A stretch of DNA of 64,000 bases, from NCBI GenBank assembly GCA_039028615.1, contig JBCCHT010000039.1:32001-96000 (forward strand), written 5' to 3'. Shown here piece after piece: positions 38,970 through 50,178 of this stretch. The position numbers were made by a program, and so were the translations under genes. Position 1 is the first letter of the stretch; every line of letters starts with the position of its first letter. The stretch is from Myxococcota bacterium. Lineage in GTDB: Bacteria; Myxococcota_A; Polyangia; Nannocystales; Nannocystaceae. Under the pieces are notes generated by a model, which saw nothing but the letters and a program-made list of their open reading frames with translations, did no database searches and was not told the DNA's origin.

Positions 38970-40124
38970 ATGAGGATTGGTACGACGACACGTACACTCA
39001 CCCAGCGGCTGCTGGGCGCCGTGATCGTGTCGTGGGCCACAGGCTGTGCCGACGTGGAGGCCGACGACCTGCAGCCGGGGGCCAGCTCGGACTCGCGAGT
39101 CGTGCTCGAGGCGGGCTTTGCCGAGCTCGCCGAGCCTCGTCTCACCCGTCGGGGCCGGGTCTACCTGCCGCGGACCACCCTCGACCGCGTCGGCCTGCAG
39201 CCGGGGCAGCAGGTGCGCATCTGGTTCAGTGACGGCAGGAACGATCACTGCGACGATCCCTTCGACGACCTCATGGGCGGCTGTGCGCTGTCGCTGCTGT
39301 TCACCCTGCAGGACCTGCCCGACGACGCTCCCGCCGGGCCCACCCTCGGTTCCGACGGCCTGCAGCGCGTGCTCGCGCTCAATCCCGACTTCGAGGGCCG
39401 ACACGACTTCATCCTCGATCGCGACGTGACCGGGCCGGAAACCGACTTCCGCGACGAGGTGTACGACAACGTGCAGCAGCGAGACCTCATCGCGCTCGCC
39501 CCCCACGGCGGCTCGATCGAGGCCCATACCGACGCGCAAGCGATGGCGCTGTGCGACTGGGACGAAGGTCGCTTCGGCGCCTGGTACGGCCGCGGCATGG
39601 GGCCCGATCAGCTCGGTCGACTGCACGTCACCAGCACCGACATCAGCCCCAACCCTTGGGTACCCGCCTCCGCGCATCCGAGCTTCACTTCCCTCGAACC
39701 GCTCGGCCAAGGCGAGTTCCGCTACGCGGTCTCGTTCCACGGCTTCAAGTCCAACGAGGTCTGCGAGTCGACCGACTACTGCATCGACCTCGGCGGCGGC
39801 ATGGGCTCGAAGGCGCTGCGAGAGGACCTCGCCGAGCGCCTACGAGCCGAGCTGTCCCCGGGCGACGGCACCGAGCTGCACTGCGGCACCCAGCGCCTGC
39901 CCGTGGGCGACGGCGTCGATGCGCCGCAGTTCGTGGTGCGCACCGACGCCAACCACGACGACATGGACGGCGGCAGCTCCAACAACATCGTCAACTGGAT
40001 GACCACCACGGGTGATCGCGGGATCCAGGTGGAGCAGACGCTTCCGCTGCGCGAGCAGTGTGGCATCGCGGTCGCACAGATCGTGGCCGAGTTCTACGCC
40101 GAGCAGCTCGACGCGAGCGCGTGA
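38970..40124 (+). CDS. Poly-gamma-glutamate hydrolase family lipoprotein (PghP/DUF867-like Zn metallopeptidase)
   Basis: GGAGG RBS; SWATGC lipobox; LAPHGGSIEAHT, LHVTST, AVSFHGF, IDLGG, GGSSNNIVNW, GIQVEQ, the full motif set of the family. Confidence 0.88.
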   Translation: MRIGTTTRTLTQRLLGAVIVSWATGCADVEADDLQPGASSDSRVVLEAGFAELAEPRLTRRGRVYLPRTTLDRVGLQPGQQVRIWFSDGRNDHCDDPFDDLMGGCALSLLFTLQDLPDDAPAGPTLGSDGLQRVLALNPDFEGRHDFILDRDVTGPETDFRDEVYDNVQQRDLIALAPHGGSIEAHTDAQAMALCDWDEGRFGAWYGRGMGPDQLGRLHVTSTDISPNPWVPASAHPSFTSLEPLGQGEFRYAVSFHGFKSNEVCESTDYCIDLGGGMGSKALREDLAERLRAELSPGDGTELHCGTQRLPVGDGVDAPQFVVRTDANHDDMDGGSSNNIVNWMTTTGDRGIQVEQTLPLREQCGIAVAQIVAEFYAEQLDASA

Positions 40125-40564
40125 CGGAGTCGTCGTCGGCCCTCGATTTCGAGCCGATCGGCACCACCGCCACCTCGTTGCCGCGGCGTCGTGCCCGGCG
40201 TCGTTTTGCCGCCGAGGCTCGGCATCGAACGCCGCAGGGAACACACGCGCAGTCCATGCTCCAGCTTCGTTTCGTTCGACGGAGCACGGCGGGCAATCGA
40301 GTCCGCACTTGGGCCGATCCGCTCCGGGTTTCTCATGATGGGAAAGTGTGCACAGTGCAGGGAAGTGGATCACCCGTGCGGTCTCGACCTACTTCGTCGC
40401 CCATTGAACGGACGAGTAGGCGGGCCTGCTTCCAACAGTTTGTGCACGCCGACGACCTCTTTGGGTATCATGAACTCGCGGCGGTGAACGGCCTTTTCGC
40501 GCGTCACTCATGGGATACGACGTTGTGAAAGCGGGCCCTCACCTCCGATGAGAGAGGACCGAGG

Positions 40565-42316
40565 ATGGCGAGACTTGGACTACGGAGCTTTGAATGGGTC
40601 GTGATGAGCTGCGCGGCGCTTGCACTGACCGCGTGCACCGACCCCTGTACCGACGACGGCTTCGGCGGCGGTGATCAGAGCGAATGTACGACCATCTCGG
40701 GCGGCGCCAACGGAGGCGGCACGGCAGGCAGCGGGACCGCGTCCGGCTCGGCCTCCCAGGGCATGACCCTCGACGATTCCGCCACCCTGGGCGGCGGAGG
40801 GGGCAGCGGTGACAGCGGGCTCGACAGCGACACCGACGGCATGACCGACGGCGTCGACAGCAGCGGCACGAGCGGCTTGGTCGAGTTCTGCCAAGACATC
40901 GACGGTGACGGCTATCCCAACCTCGCCACCTGTGTCGACGCCGATCCCGACGACCCGCCCGCCGGGCACATCCCCGCCACCGAAGACGGCGACTGCGACG
41001 ACACCAATCCCAACACCCACCCGGGCGCGGCCGAGTTCGAGCTGCCCGAGGCGTGCACCAACGACGACGACGACGACGGCTGGGGCGACGACTCCCCGCC
41101 GCCGGGCGTCGACGCGGGCACCGATTGCGACGACACCGACAACGACACCTTCCCCGGCGCCGCCGAGAACGAGTCGCTCACCCTGTGCATGGACGACGAC
41201 GACGAGGACGGCTACGGCGATCCCGATCCCCCAGGCGGCGTCGAGCCGGGCGTCGACTGTGACGACTCCGACGAGACCCTCGGCCCCTGCATCGTGTGGT
41301 GCATGGACTCCGACGGCGACGGCTTCGGCGATCCGAACAACGGCATGGAGGGCGACCCGCTCATTCCGCCGACGCCCGACCACGTGATGAACTGCGACGA
41401 CTGTGACGACAGCGCGTCGTTCACCTTCCCCGGCGCGGCCACGCTCGAGCAGCCGCCCCTGGACATGGAGTGCCTCAAGGACGAAGACCACGATGGCTTC
41501 GGCGACGAGGACCCGCCCGTCGGCGTCACCCAGGGCACCGACTGCGACGATCTCGACCCCTTGCTGCTGCCGGGCATCGCCGAGCTCGAGCCCGAGATCT
41601 GCACCATCGACGAGGACGACGACGGCTGGGGCGACTGGAACGCGTCGGCCGTCAACCCGCAGGCCGAAGAGGGCAGCGACTGCGATGACTCCAGCCCGAG
41701 CATCGGCCGCTGTGCCCTGCTCGTCACCCAGGACGGCACCGCCAACGCGCCCATCGACGCCGCCATGCTGCCCATGCTGCAGGCCCTCGACCTGGACGTG
41801 ATCTTGGCCGAGGACCTCACCGTGACCGCGATCGATGCCGACCCCACCGCGCTGGTCGTCATCAGCGGCAGCGCCACCTCCTTCCAGGTCGGCAACATCT
41901 TCCGCAACGTGAACGAGGGCGTGGTGGTCCTCGAGGGGCAGATCTGGGACGACATGAACATGTCGCCCACGGGTAACCCGGCCAGCGACGTCGACGTGCA
42001 GATCCTCGACGACGGTCACGACATCGCGGGGGGCCTGGCGGGCACCGTGGACTTCATGCTCGCCGATCCCGGCTCGGGCATCTTCCACACCTCGCCCAAC
42101 GGCAACGCCGACATCATCGCGGCTCGCGTCGGCAACCCCACGCAGGTGGTCGTGTTCGGCTTCCACGACGGAGCGACCATGGAGGGCGGCTTCTCGGCCC
42201 CCGGGCGACGCGTGGGCTTCGGCGCCGACATCGACGGCGGCATGGGCACCAACGGCCAGCTCGGCACCGAGGGCCTCATCATGTTCCAGGCCGCCGCGAG
42301 CTGGGCCATGGAGTAG
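40565..42316 (+). CDS. Lipoprotein with acidic Cys-containing repeats (D.D.DG(Y/F/W)GD...DCDD...PGA.E; MopE-like metal/Ca-binding repeats)
   Basis: LTAC lipobox; about six repeats; globular C-terminal domain. Confidence 0.75.
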   Translation: MARLGLRSFEWVVMSCAALALTACTDPCTDDGFGGGDQSECTTISGGANGGGTAGSGTASGSASQGMTLDDSATLGGGGGSGDSGLDSDTDGMTDGVDSSGTSGLVEFCQDIDGDGYPNLATCVDADPDDPPAGHIPATEDGDCDDTNPNTHPGAAEFELPEACTNDDDDDGWGDDSPPPGVDAGTDCDDTDNDTFPGAAENESLTLCMDDDDEDGYGDPDPPGGVEPGVDCDDSDETLGPCIVWCMDSDGDGFGDPNNGMEGDPLIPPTPDHVMNCDDCDDSASFTFPGAATLEQPPLDMECLKDEDHDGFGDEDPPVGVTQGTDCDDLDPLLLPGIAELEPEICTIDEDDDGWGDWNASAVNPQAEEGSDCDDSSPSIGRCALLVTQDGTANAPIDAAMLPMLQALDLDVILAEDLTVTAIDADPTALVVISGSATSFQVGNIFRNVNEGVVVLEGQIWDDMNMSPTGNPASDVDVQILDDGHDIAGGLAGTVDFMLADPGSGIFHTSPNGNADIIAARVGNPTQVVVFGFHDGATMEGGFSAPGRRVGFGADIDGGMGTNGQLGTEGLIMFQAAASWAME

Positions 42317-42326
42317 CGGGTGGTCG

Positions 42327-43406
42327 CTACGGGCGGTTGAGCACGGTGCCCGGCCAGTCGCGGTAGGGCACCCCGATCGCCACCTCGCCGACCGCGTCGT
42401 CCCGCAGCGGCAGCGGCATGTAGAACGCGTCGTGGCGCCAGCCGTCGATACCCGAGCCCCAGCGCAGGCCGTGGCCGAAGGGGTCCCCCGTGCCCGTACC
42501 ATTCGCCTCGAGCAGGGTCACCATCGCCGAGCCGTCGGGCGCGATCCGATACAGAGACAGCGTCTCGAAGTCGGAGACGTACACGTAGCCGCACACGTCC
42601 ACGCCGATGCCGTCGTGCCAGTCGCCGAGGCCGTCGTAAAACAGCGTGGGCTCGCCCACCACCTCGAGCGCGTCGTCGAGCTGGGCCACCCAGACTTGGC
42701 CGCCCGTCTCCGCGGTGCCGATGTACATGCGGCTGGAGTCGGGGCTGAAGTCCACCACCCGGGGCGACACGCCGGGCGCCGCGAGGAACTCGATCTTGCC
42801 TCCGCGCTCGGGATCGATGCGATGCACGACCTGCGAGTTGGCGGTGTACACGAGCCCGTCGGGACCGGTGCGGACGCCGTAGGCGAACACGTCGGTGGCG
42901 AGGTCGGACGTCACCCCCTCGGGCGTCACCCGCACGATGGTGCCCGTATCGAAGCGCGCGACCACGAAGTCACCCCCGGGTAGGATGTCGATCTGATCGA
43001 GCTCGTCTCCAAGCCCCGGGACGAAGGGCTGCACCGGTTCGCCGTAGCCCGCCCGAACCAGGTGGGGCTCGACGACTCCGATGCAGTGGCCGAACTCGTC
43101 GAAGGTGATCCCACGGCCCGCCTGCGGCCCCTGCAGCACCGTCGTCGGCGGTGAATCGTCGGTGATGGTGGCACAGTCGAACGACTCCTCCGGGGCGTTG
43201 CCGGTCGAATCCACGCCGCTCGAGCTGCCGTCGCCACCCGTCGATGCGTCGATCCCCGTCGCGCTTTCGTCCGTGCCGGACGAAGAAGACCCCCCGCTGG
43301 AGCCAGAGGTCTCAATGGGTGCCGGGTCGGTCCCTCCGCACGCCGCCGCTGCGACGCAGGCCACCGCGGCCGCTCGAGGAGCATCGCGAAAAACAAGCCA
43401 AGACAT
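42327..43406 (-). CDS. SMP-30/gluconolactonase-like beta-propeller lipoprotein
   Basis: AAAC lipobox; GITFD, GPDG.VY, FSPDSSRMYI, DGIGVD..G.VYV. Confidence 0.75.
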   Translation of the reverse strand: MSWLVFRDAPRAAAVACVAAAACGGTDPAPIETSGSSGGSSSSGTDESATGIDASTGGDGSSSGVDSTGNAPEESFDCATITDDSPPTTVLQGPQAGRGITFDEFGHCIGVVEPHLVRAGYGEPVQPFVPGLGDELDQIDILPGGDFVVARFDTGTIVRVTPEGVTSDLATDVFAYGVRTGPDGLVYTANSQVVHRIDPERGGKIEFLAAPGVSPRVVDFSPDSSRMYIGTAETGGQVWVAQLDDALEVVGEPTLFYDGLGDWHDGIGVDVCGYVYVSDFETLSLYRIAPDGSAMVTLLEANGTGTGDPFGHGLRWGSGIDGWRHDAFYMPLPLRDDAVGEVAIGVPYRDWPGTVLNRP

Positions 43407-43556
43407 GGTTTACGAACCATTCTCTCCGCAAGCCGTGGCAGCAACACCGCTGGTCGCAACGCACGGACCGTTCACCGATCGCCCGCCATGGGTCCGCCCG
43501 CGCGGCCGCTGCCCTCGCCGCTGGCCAGATCGTCCACGAGGCTCTATCGTGATGCG

Positions 43557-45296
43557 ATGCGCTTAGGGTCGGGGGTCGTGTTCGCTGCTGTGTTGTCCTT
43601 GGGGGGGTGCAACGACACGCCCGCCGCCACCGACGACTCGGACTCCAGCGGCTCCGCCACCGATGCGGCCACCGACGCCGACGACAGCGGAGGCACCGAT
43701 GCGGACGACGCCGACGGAACCGCCGCGCCCAGCTGCGCCGCCGACAACCAGGCCCCGCAGGCGCCGTATATCGTCACGCCACCGCCCGGCGCACGCAACC
43801 TCGAGCCCGAGACCCTCCTGATCCAGAGCTCGGCCTTCGACGACCCCGATGGCGACGCACACGCCTTCAGCGAGTTCGAGATCTGGCGACTCAACGGCGG
43901 CGAGCCAGTGGAGCGGGTCTGGTCCGCCACCATCTCGGAGCCCTCCTCGCTCGACCGGGTCACACTCGACCAAGGTCAGCTGCACGGCACGGCGGAGCTC
44001 GACGGCCACCTCGCCCAGTGGCGCAACCATGTCGTGCGCGCCCGGTACAACGACGGCAGCGAAGGCGACTGTGGCTACAGCGAGTGGAGCCCAGACGTCG
44101 ACTTCCGCACCGACGACGGCAGCCAGTACCTCTTCGACCAATCGGTGATCCGCGACATCTACCTCGAGATCCCCGAACAGAGCGCGCTGCCGATCCACGA
44201 GCAGGCGGTGCCGCCCAAGTGCATCCCGTGGGACCGCGAGTTCTACGTGGGCAGCATGACCTACGAGGGCCAGCAGTTCGACGGCATCGGCATCCGGGCC
44301 AAGGGTGGCTGCGGCTCCGCGCGCGGCCTCGACGAGAAGGCCGGCTTCCGCATCAACCTGGGCTGGGACGACCCCGACGTGCCCGGGTGCCCCGAAAACC
44401 AGCGCCTCTACGGTCAGGACCACCTGACGCTCAACAACATGGTCCAGGACCCGAGCTTCTCGCACGAGCGGCTCGCCTATCGCGTCTACCAGGCCTTCGG
44501 CGTGCCCACGCCCCGCGTCGCGCACATCCGCGTGCACGTCAACGGCGAGCTGTGGGGCCTGTACCTGCTGGTCGAGACCCCCAAGCGACGCTTCCTCGAT
44601 CGCCGCTTCCAGTCCAAGAACGGCATGCTCTACGAGGGCACCTACTGGTGCGACCTCATCGAGCCCAACGTCCCGCCCGGCGACGAAGACACCTACTGCC
44701 TCCAACGCAAGTTCTCGCCCGGGGCCTGCGACGGCGCGCCCGAGCCCGACGAAGATCCCAAGGACTACGAGCTGCTGCGCACCCTCGTCGCGGACCTCGA
44801 CGCGCTGTCGATGGGCAGCTTCTATCCCGAGATCGAGGGCGTCTTCAACTTCGAGGACTTCCTCTCCGCGTGGGCCGTCGAGGGGGCCATCGGTCACTGG
44901 GACAACTACGCGTTCGAGATCAACAACAACTATCGCGTGTATCACCACCCCGCGACCGGGCTGTGGAACCTGCTCCCGCACGGCGTCGACCAGACCTTCG
45001 AGGACAGCCTCGACCCCTGGCTCGTGGAGGGCGTCATCGCGGTGAACTGCATGCAGGAAGGCGCGTGCGAGGCCGCCTTTGCCGATCGCTTTGCCCAGGT
45101 CGGCGAGACCATGGCTGGCCTCGACCTGGCCGCCGAGCTCGACGTGATCCACGACCTCATCACCGAGGACGTCTACGCCGACCCGCGCAAGGAAGTGAGC
45201 GACGAGGAGTACGAGCTCGCGCAGCAGCTCACCCGCGAGTGGATCCAGCAGCGGCCCGACGAGATCGTCGAGCTGCTCGCGGTGCACGGATTCTGA
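43557..45296 (+). CDS. CotH kinase family lipoprotein with an N-terminal FN3-like domain
   Basis: LSLGGC lipobox; GIRAKG, LTLNNMVQDPS..HERLAY, VNGELWGLYLLVE, GHWDNY...NNYRVY, LLPHGVDQTF. Confidence 0.88.
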   Translation: MRLGSGVVFAAVLSLGGCNDTPAATDDSDSSGSATDAATDADDSGGTDADDADGTAAPSCAADNQAPQAPYIVTPPPGARNLEPETLLIQSSAFDDPDGDAHAFSEFEIWRLNGGEPVERVWSATISEPSSLDRVTLDQGQLHGTAELDGHLAQWRNHVVRARYNDGSEGDCGYSEWSPDVDFRTDDGSQYLFDQSVIRDIYLEIPEQSALPIHEQAVPPKCIPWDREFYVGSMTYEGQQFDGIGIRAKGGCGSARGLDEKAGFRINLGWDDPDVPGCPENQRLYGQDHLTLNNMVQDPSFSHERLAYRVYQAFGVPTPRVAHIRVHVNGELWGLYLLVETPKRRFLDRRFQSKNGMLYEGTYWCDLIEPNVPPGDEDTYCLQRKFSPGACDGAPEPDEDPKDYELLRTLVADLDALSMGSFYPEIEGVFNFEDFLSAWAVEGAIGHWDNYAFEINNNYRVYHHPATGLWNLLPHGVDQTFEDSLDPWLVEGVIAVNCMQEGACEAAFADRFAQVGETMAGLDLAAELDVIHDLITEDVYADPRKEVSDEEYELAQQLTREWIQQRPDEIVELLAVHGF

Positions 45297-45308
45297 GGCT
45301 CGCGTGCC

Positions 45309-46844
45309 CTACAGCGTCTTCAGGTACTCGAGCACCGCGCGCCGCTGCTCGTCGTCGAGGTGGTCGCCGAAGCTGTGCCCGCCGTTGCCGTAGCCGAACA
45401 GCGTGGTGTCGTAGATGAACTTGCGGTCGGCCTCGGCCGCCTCGTCGTGACCGACCGGCGACTCTTCCCAGGGCCAGCCCAGCGCCTGCTCGTCGAAGTT
45501 GGTGCTGTCGTAGTCGACCCGCCGCCAGTAGGTCGGCCGCGCGGTGCTGTCGAGCACGAGCGCCAGGGTGGGCACGGAGCCATTGTGTAGGAACGGCGCG
45601 GTGGCCCAGATGCCATCGAGCGGCGGCGCGGTGTAGCCGGGCTCGGGCGCAGCGGTGACGACCTCGCTGACGGTGCCGTAGAAGGAGTCGTTGAAGCGCT
45701 CTTCGAGGTGGTTGTAGGCGCCGCCCGGGCCGGCGTAGTCGGCAAAGGCGGAGTCGGTGCCGATCACGGCGGTGGGGATCAGCAGGTTGGGATAGGTCTC
45801 GGTGGCGGGGTCTGCATCGTAGGTACCGTGGCACCCGGCGCAGTCGCACTCGAAGATCTCCTGCCCCTGGGCGGCCAGCTCGGCATCGATGGCAAAGGGA
45901 TAGTCGGGAGCCTCGAGCGACGCGAGGTAGGCCTGGATGTCGGCGAAGTAGTCGAGCATCTCCGAGGCCTCCTCGACGGTGTCGGTGCACAGCGAGGAGG
46001 CGAGGATCATGGTGCCGCGATGGTCACCGCGCGACATGCCGTTGCTGAAGTGGGTGGCCTTCTTGGCCGCGCGCCACCACGGGGGCGGATCGGCGGGCAG
46101 CACCCGGTCGGGCAACAGCTCGTACTGCGGCTCGTCGCTCCACGCCAAGGTCTCGGGGTCGCGGTGGGCGAGCAGCACGATGGCGTACATCACGGCCGGG
46201 TTGGCGCCGATGGTGGCCATGGTGCCGAAGGGCCCGAGGGTGGAGACGCGCTCCTTGAACTTGTTGAAGGCGATGTTGGCATCGCTGGTCTCCAACAGCG
46301 GAGGGATGGGATCGAGGATCTCGTCGAAGGCGTCGGTGCCGTCGTAGTCGACCTTGCCCAGGCCCACGATGAGCTCGCCGTTGAAGCGACCCGCGTGGCA
46401 CTGCAAGCAGTTGGACACGACCAGCTCGCTGCCGTCGGGCTGCTCGACCACCGTCCACGAGTGGCCGACCTGGGCGTTCTTGCCCTCGCGTCCGGGCAGC
46501 GGCTCTTCCTCGCCGAGCACCCCCGACGCGACCCCGAACAGGTCCCACGGGATCCCGCAGCTGACGTAGTCCTCGGTGATGAGCGCGCGGTACCCGGCGT
46601 CGGGATCGCCGGGCGGGAGCTGGGGCATCTCGATGACATAGCCCGCCTCCCACGGCCCCATGCACGCCGCCTCACCCGTGCTCTGGTCCTCGCCAGTGGA
46701 TGTGCCAGGCGTTGGCTCGCCCGTGCTGCTGCTGGACTGCGCAGGGTCGTCGGCGGACGGCGATTCGGAGCAGCCACTGAGGCCGAGCACCAGAGCGCCG
46801 CAGATCTGCCACGTTCGATCGAAGCCCCGCATCGAGTCCACCAT
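45309..46844 (-). CDS. Di-heme c-type cytochrome lipoprotein (RoxA / cytochrome c peroxidase superfamily-like)
   Basis: GLSGC lipobox; CLQCH and [32 protein letters not shown]...GYGNGGH...LEYLKTL. Start 46844 or 46832. Confidence 0.85.
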   Translation of the reverse strand: MVDSMRGFDRTWQICGALVLGLSGCSESPSADDPAQSSSSTGEPTPGTSTGEDQSTGEAACMGPWEAGYVIEMPQLPPGDPDAGYRALITEDYVSCGIPWDLFGVASGVLGEEEPLPGREGKNAQVGHSWTVVEQPDGSELVVSNCLQCHAGRFNGELIVGLGKVDYDGTDAFDEILDPIPPLLETSDANIAFNKFKERVSTLGPFGTMATIGANPAVMYAIVLLAHRDPETLAWSDEPQYELLPDRVLPADPPPWWRAAKKATHFSNGMSRGDHRGTMILASSLCTDTVEEASEMLDYFADIQAYLASLEAPDYPFAIDAELAAQGQEIFECDCAGCHGTYDADPATETYPNLLIPTAVIGTDSAFADYAGPGGAYNHLEERFNDSFYGTVSEVVTAAPEPGYTAPPLDGIWATAPFLHNGSVPTLALVLDSTARPTYWRRVDYDSTNFDEQALGWPWEESPVGHDEAAEADRKFIYDTTLFGYGNGGHSFGDHLDDEQRRAVLEYLKTL

Positions 46845-46905
46845 AACCCGAGAGGCAGCGGCAGATCCGCGGGGTCCAGCGGCACGTCCCACGACGCCAC
46901 AAAAA

Positions 46906-46939
46906 ACGCAACTCTATTGCATTTGCATTCGAATTGCAG
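46906..46939. promoter_or_regulatory. Tandem Zur-like boxes
   Basis: ACGCAACTCTATTGCAT has 2 mismatches to the deltaproteobacterial Zur consensus as I recall it (ATGCAACnnnGTTGCAT). It is followed directly by TTGCATTCGAATTGCAG, about 35 bp upstream of a COG0523 gene. Confidence 0.7.
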
Positions 46940-46974
46940 ATACAGATCACGGCCGTCACAAACGGGAGCAACCG

Positions 46975-48207
<1,233 letters not shown>

Positions 48208-48210
48208 TGC

Positions 48211-48260
48211 GCCTGAGCGGGGGCTACATGAAGCCCCCGATCCCTGGCCCCCGCTCAGGC
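48211..48260. terminator. Bidirectional hairpin with two alternative pairings
   Basis: GCCTGAGCGGGGGC (48211-24) pairs with 48247-60 (14 bp); alternatively CGGGGGCT pairs with AGCCCCCG (48232-39). Lies between convergent genes. Confidence 0.6.
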
Positions 48261-48980
48261 AGTCCGCTGCAGATACGCCGCCAGCTCGTCGGCGCCGCCG
48301 ATATGCGCCCCGTCGACGAACACCTGCGGCGTGGTGGCCTTGCCCGAGACCCCTCGTAGGGTGCGGAGCCCGGCGGGCACGTCCTCGTAGTCGAGCCCTC
48401 GCTCCTGCAGCATCGCCTTGGCGCGTGCGCAGTGAGAGCAGCCCGCCTTGGTGAACAACACGATGTCCGACGGCCGCTTCGCGTCGGGAGCGACGTAGTC
48501 GAGCATGGTGTCCGCGTCGGAGACGAGGAACGGGTCGCCGGGTTGCTCGGGCTCGATGAACATCTTGGTGATCACGCCGTCGTCCACGAGCATGGAGTAG
48601 CGCCACGAGCGGGGGCCGAAGCCCAGCTCGCTCTTGTCGACGAGCATGCCCATCTGCGTGGTGAACTCGCCGTTGCCGTCGGGCAGGAAGGTGATGCGGT
48701 CGGCATGCTGGTCGCGCTGCCACGCCTCCATCACGAAGCCGTCGTTGACGGAGACGCACACGATGTCGTCGACGCCCGCGGCCTTCAGCGCGGGGGCGAG
48801 CTCTTGGTAGCGCGGCACGTGGGACGACGAGCACGTGGGCGTGAAGGCGCCGGGCAATGAAAAGACCACGACCTTCTTGCCCGCGAAGACCTCGCGAGTG
48901 CTGATGTCGCGCCACTGACCGTTGTCGCGAGCGCGGAAGGTGACCTCGGGAATGCGTTGTCCTTGTCGGTTCTCAGTCAT
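48255..48980 (-). CDS. Hybrid peroxiredoxin-glutaredoxin (Prx5-Grx, PGdx)
   Basis: FSLPGAFTPTCSSSH, SVNDGFVM, DGNGEFT, RSWRYSM; Grx domain CSHC, TTPQVF...IGGAD. Confidence 0.95.
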   Translation of the reverse strand: MTENRQGQRIPEVTFRARDNGQWRDISTREVFAGKKVVVFSLPGAFTPTCSSSHVPRYQELAPALKAAGVDDIVCVSVNDGFVMEAWQRDQHADRITFLPDGNGEFTTQMGMLVDKSELGFGPRSWRYSMLVDDGVITKMFIEPEQPGDPFLVSDADTMLDYVAPDAKRPSDIVLFTKAGCSHCARAKAMLQERGLDYEDVPAGLRTLRGVSGKATTPQVFVDGAHIGGADELAAYLQRTA

Positions 48981-49040
48981 GATTCGGTAACCCTCGAAGT
49001 GCGGTTGCCTCCCTTGCATTACGAGGATCGAGCCAAGAAC

Positions 49041-49121
49041 TGAATTCAATGAATTCAATGAGTTCGATGACGGCAGCACCCACAAACACCGAAATAGAGT
49101 CGTATATTTCAACGAAATATA
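49041..49121. promoter_or_regulatory. 9-bp tandem repeats plus a 19-bp palindrome upstream of the peroxiredoxin
   Basis: TGAATTCAA-TGAATTCAA-TGAGTTCGA (49041-67); TATATTTC-AAC-GAAATATA (49103-21). Confidence 0.6.
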
Positions 49122-49246
49122 GTTGAGAGCGAGATATCGGTGCGCCTCCAAACTGGCCAGTGGTCGCCCCCCGAAGGGGGGGCGCGCCGCGGCGACGTCC
49201 GATCGTACTGCTGGATCATGACCCCGTCGCGCGGGCGAGCAGAGCA

Positions 49247-49732
49247 ATGAAGCTACCGCGGTTAGCCGATCGCCGCGCTTCGGCCTGCTCGGCACGGGAC
49301 CGCGCCGTCGGGGTCGTTTTTTCGTCTTCGTCGTATCAGCTGCAGACCTGTACGACCAACCTCGGGGCGACCCGCGACGGCAACCGCGGGCACGCGACGC
49401 TCAAGCACTGCTTGGTGCACATCAAAGATGAGCAGGGCAAGCCGCTGCGGACGTTCTCGATCGGCCGCGACGGCCTCGGCCCCGAGGGCAACGCGGACGT
49501 GCCCTCGAGTCGCTGCGACGCGCCGATCTCCGGCATCAGCGAGGCGCAGGTGAGCCGCTTCGAGCGATCGATGCAGGCGTGTGCCGACGCGGGCTACGAG
49601 TGGGGCGAGCGCGATTGCTGCTCGTGCATCGAGCGGGCGTTCGCGGACGGACTCGAGCGCGAAGCTCCGGCCGGCGTGCGCGGTGCCGCGGCCGAGCTGG
49701 CGTCGGTGCCCGACCCCCTGGGCGGCACCTGA
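49247..49732 (+). CDS. Hypothetical protein, possibly a permuted papain-like (His before Cys) peptidase/amidase
   Basis: LKHCLVHI ... GYEWGERDCCSCI resembles the H...Y....NC layout; GC3-rich from about 49335. 5' end uncertain. Confidence 0.5.
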   Translation: MKLPRLADRRASACSARDRAVGVVFSSSSYQLQTCTTNLGATRDGNRGHATLKHCLVHIKDEQGKPLRTFSIGRDGLGPEGNADVPSSRCDAPISGISEAQVSRFERSMQACADAGYEWGERDCCSCIERAFADGLEREAPAGVRGAAAELASVPDPLGGT

Positions 49733-49796
49733 GCGGCCGCCCCCTGGAAAAGGGGGCATGCGGGGACCGAGCCGCGGGCTACCGTGATCGCTCATC

Positions 49797-50132
49797 ATGA
49801 GCGACATTGCGACCATCAAGATCACGGGCCTCTACGGCCGTACGGGCCTGTACGGTCGCATTCGATTCTCGGTGTGCGACAGCAAGTCCAAGTGCTGGGT
49901 CGAGGCGACCTTTCCCAACGGCCCCGACGGCTGCAACAACTGGCTCGACGTGGGCGACACCGTGTTCGAGGTCGCCAATAGCGTCTACAGCAGCACGAGC
50001 ACGGCCGACGAGCGCATCGCCCAAGCGGAGATCCGCCCCTCGACCGCGTGCCCCTGCAACAGCAATCAAGTGGCGATCGACGAGGTGATCGCCATTTGGG
50101 TGGAAGAGCCCACGCAGCCCTTCCCGCCGTGA
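49797..50132 (+). CDS. Small Cys-containing hypothetical protein
   Basis: 111 aa, GC3-rich codons, TGLYGR twice in tandem, co-oriented with the PatA/G-like genes. Confidence 0.6.
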   Translation: MSDIATIKITGLYGRTGLYGRIRFSVCDSKSKCWVEATFPNGPDGCNNWLDVGDTVFEVANSVYSSTSTADERIAQAEIRPSTACPCNSNQVAIDEVIAIWVEEPTQPFPP

Positions 50133-50178
50133 CGGGCGGATCGCCGTTCACATCCGGGGCCATGACACGTCGATCGTC

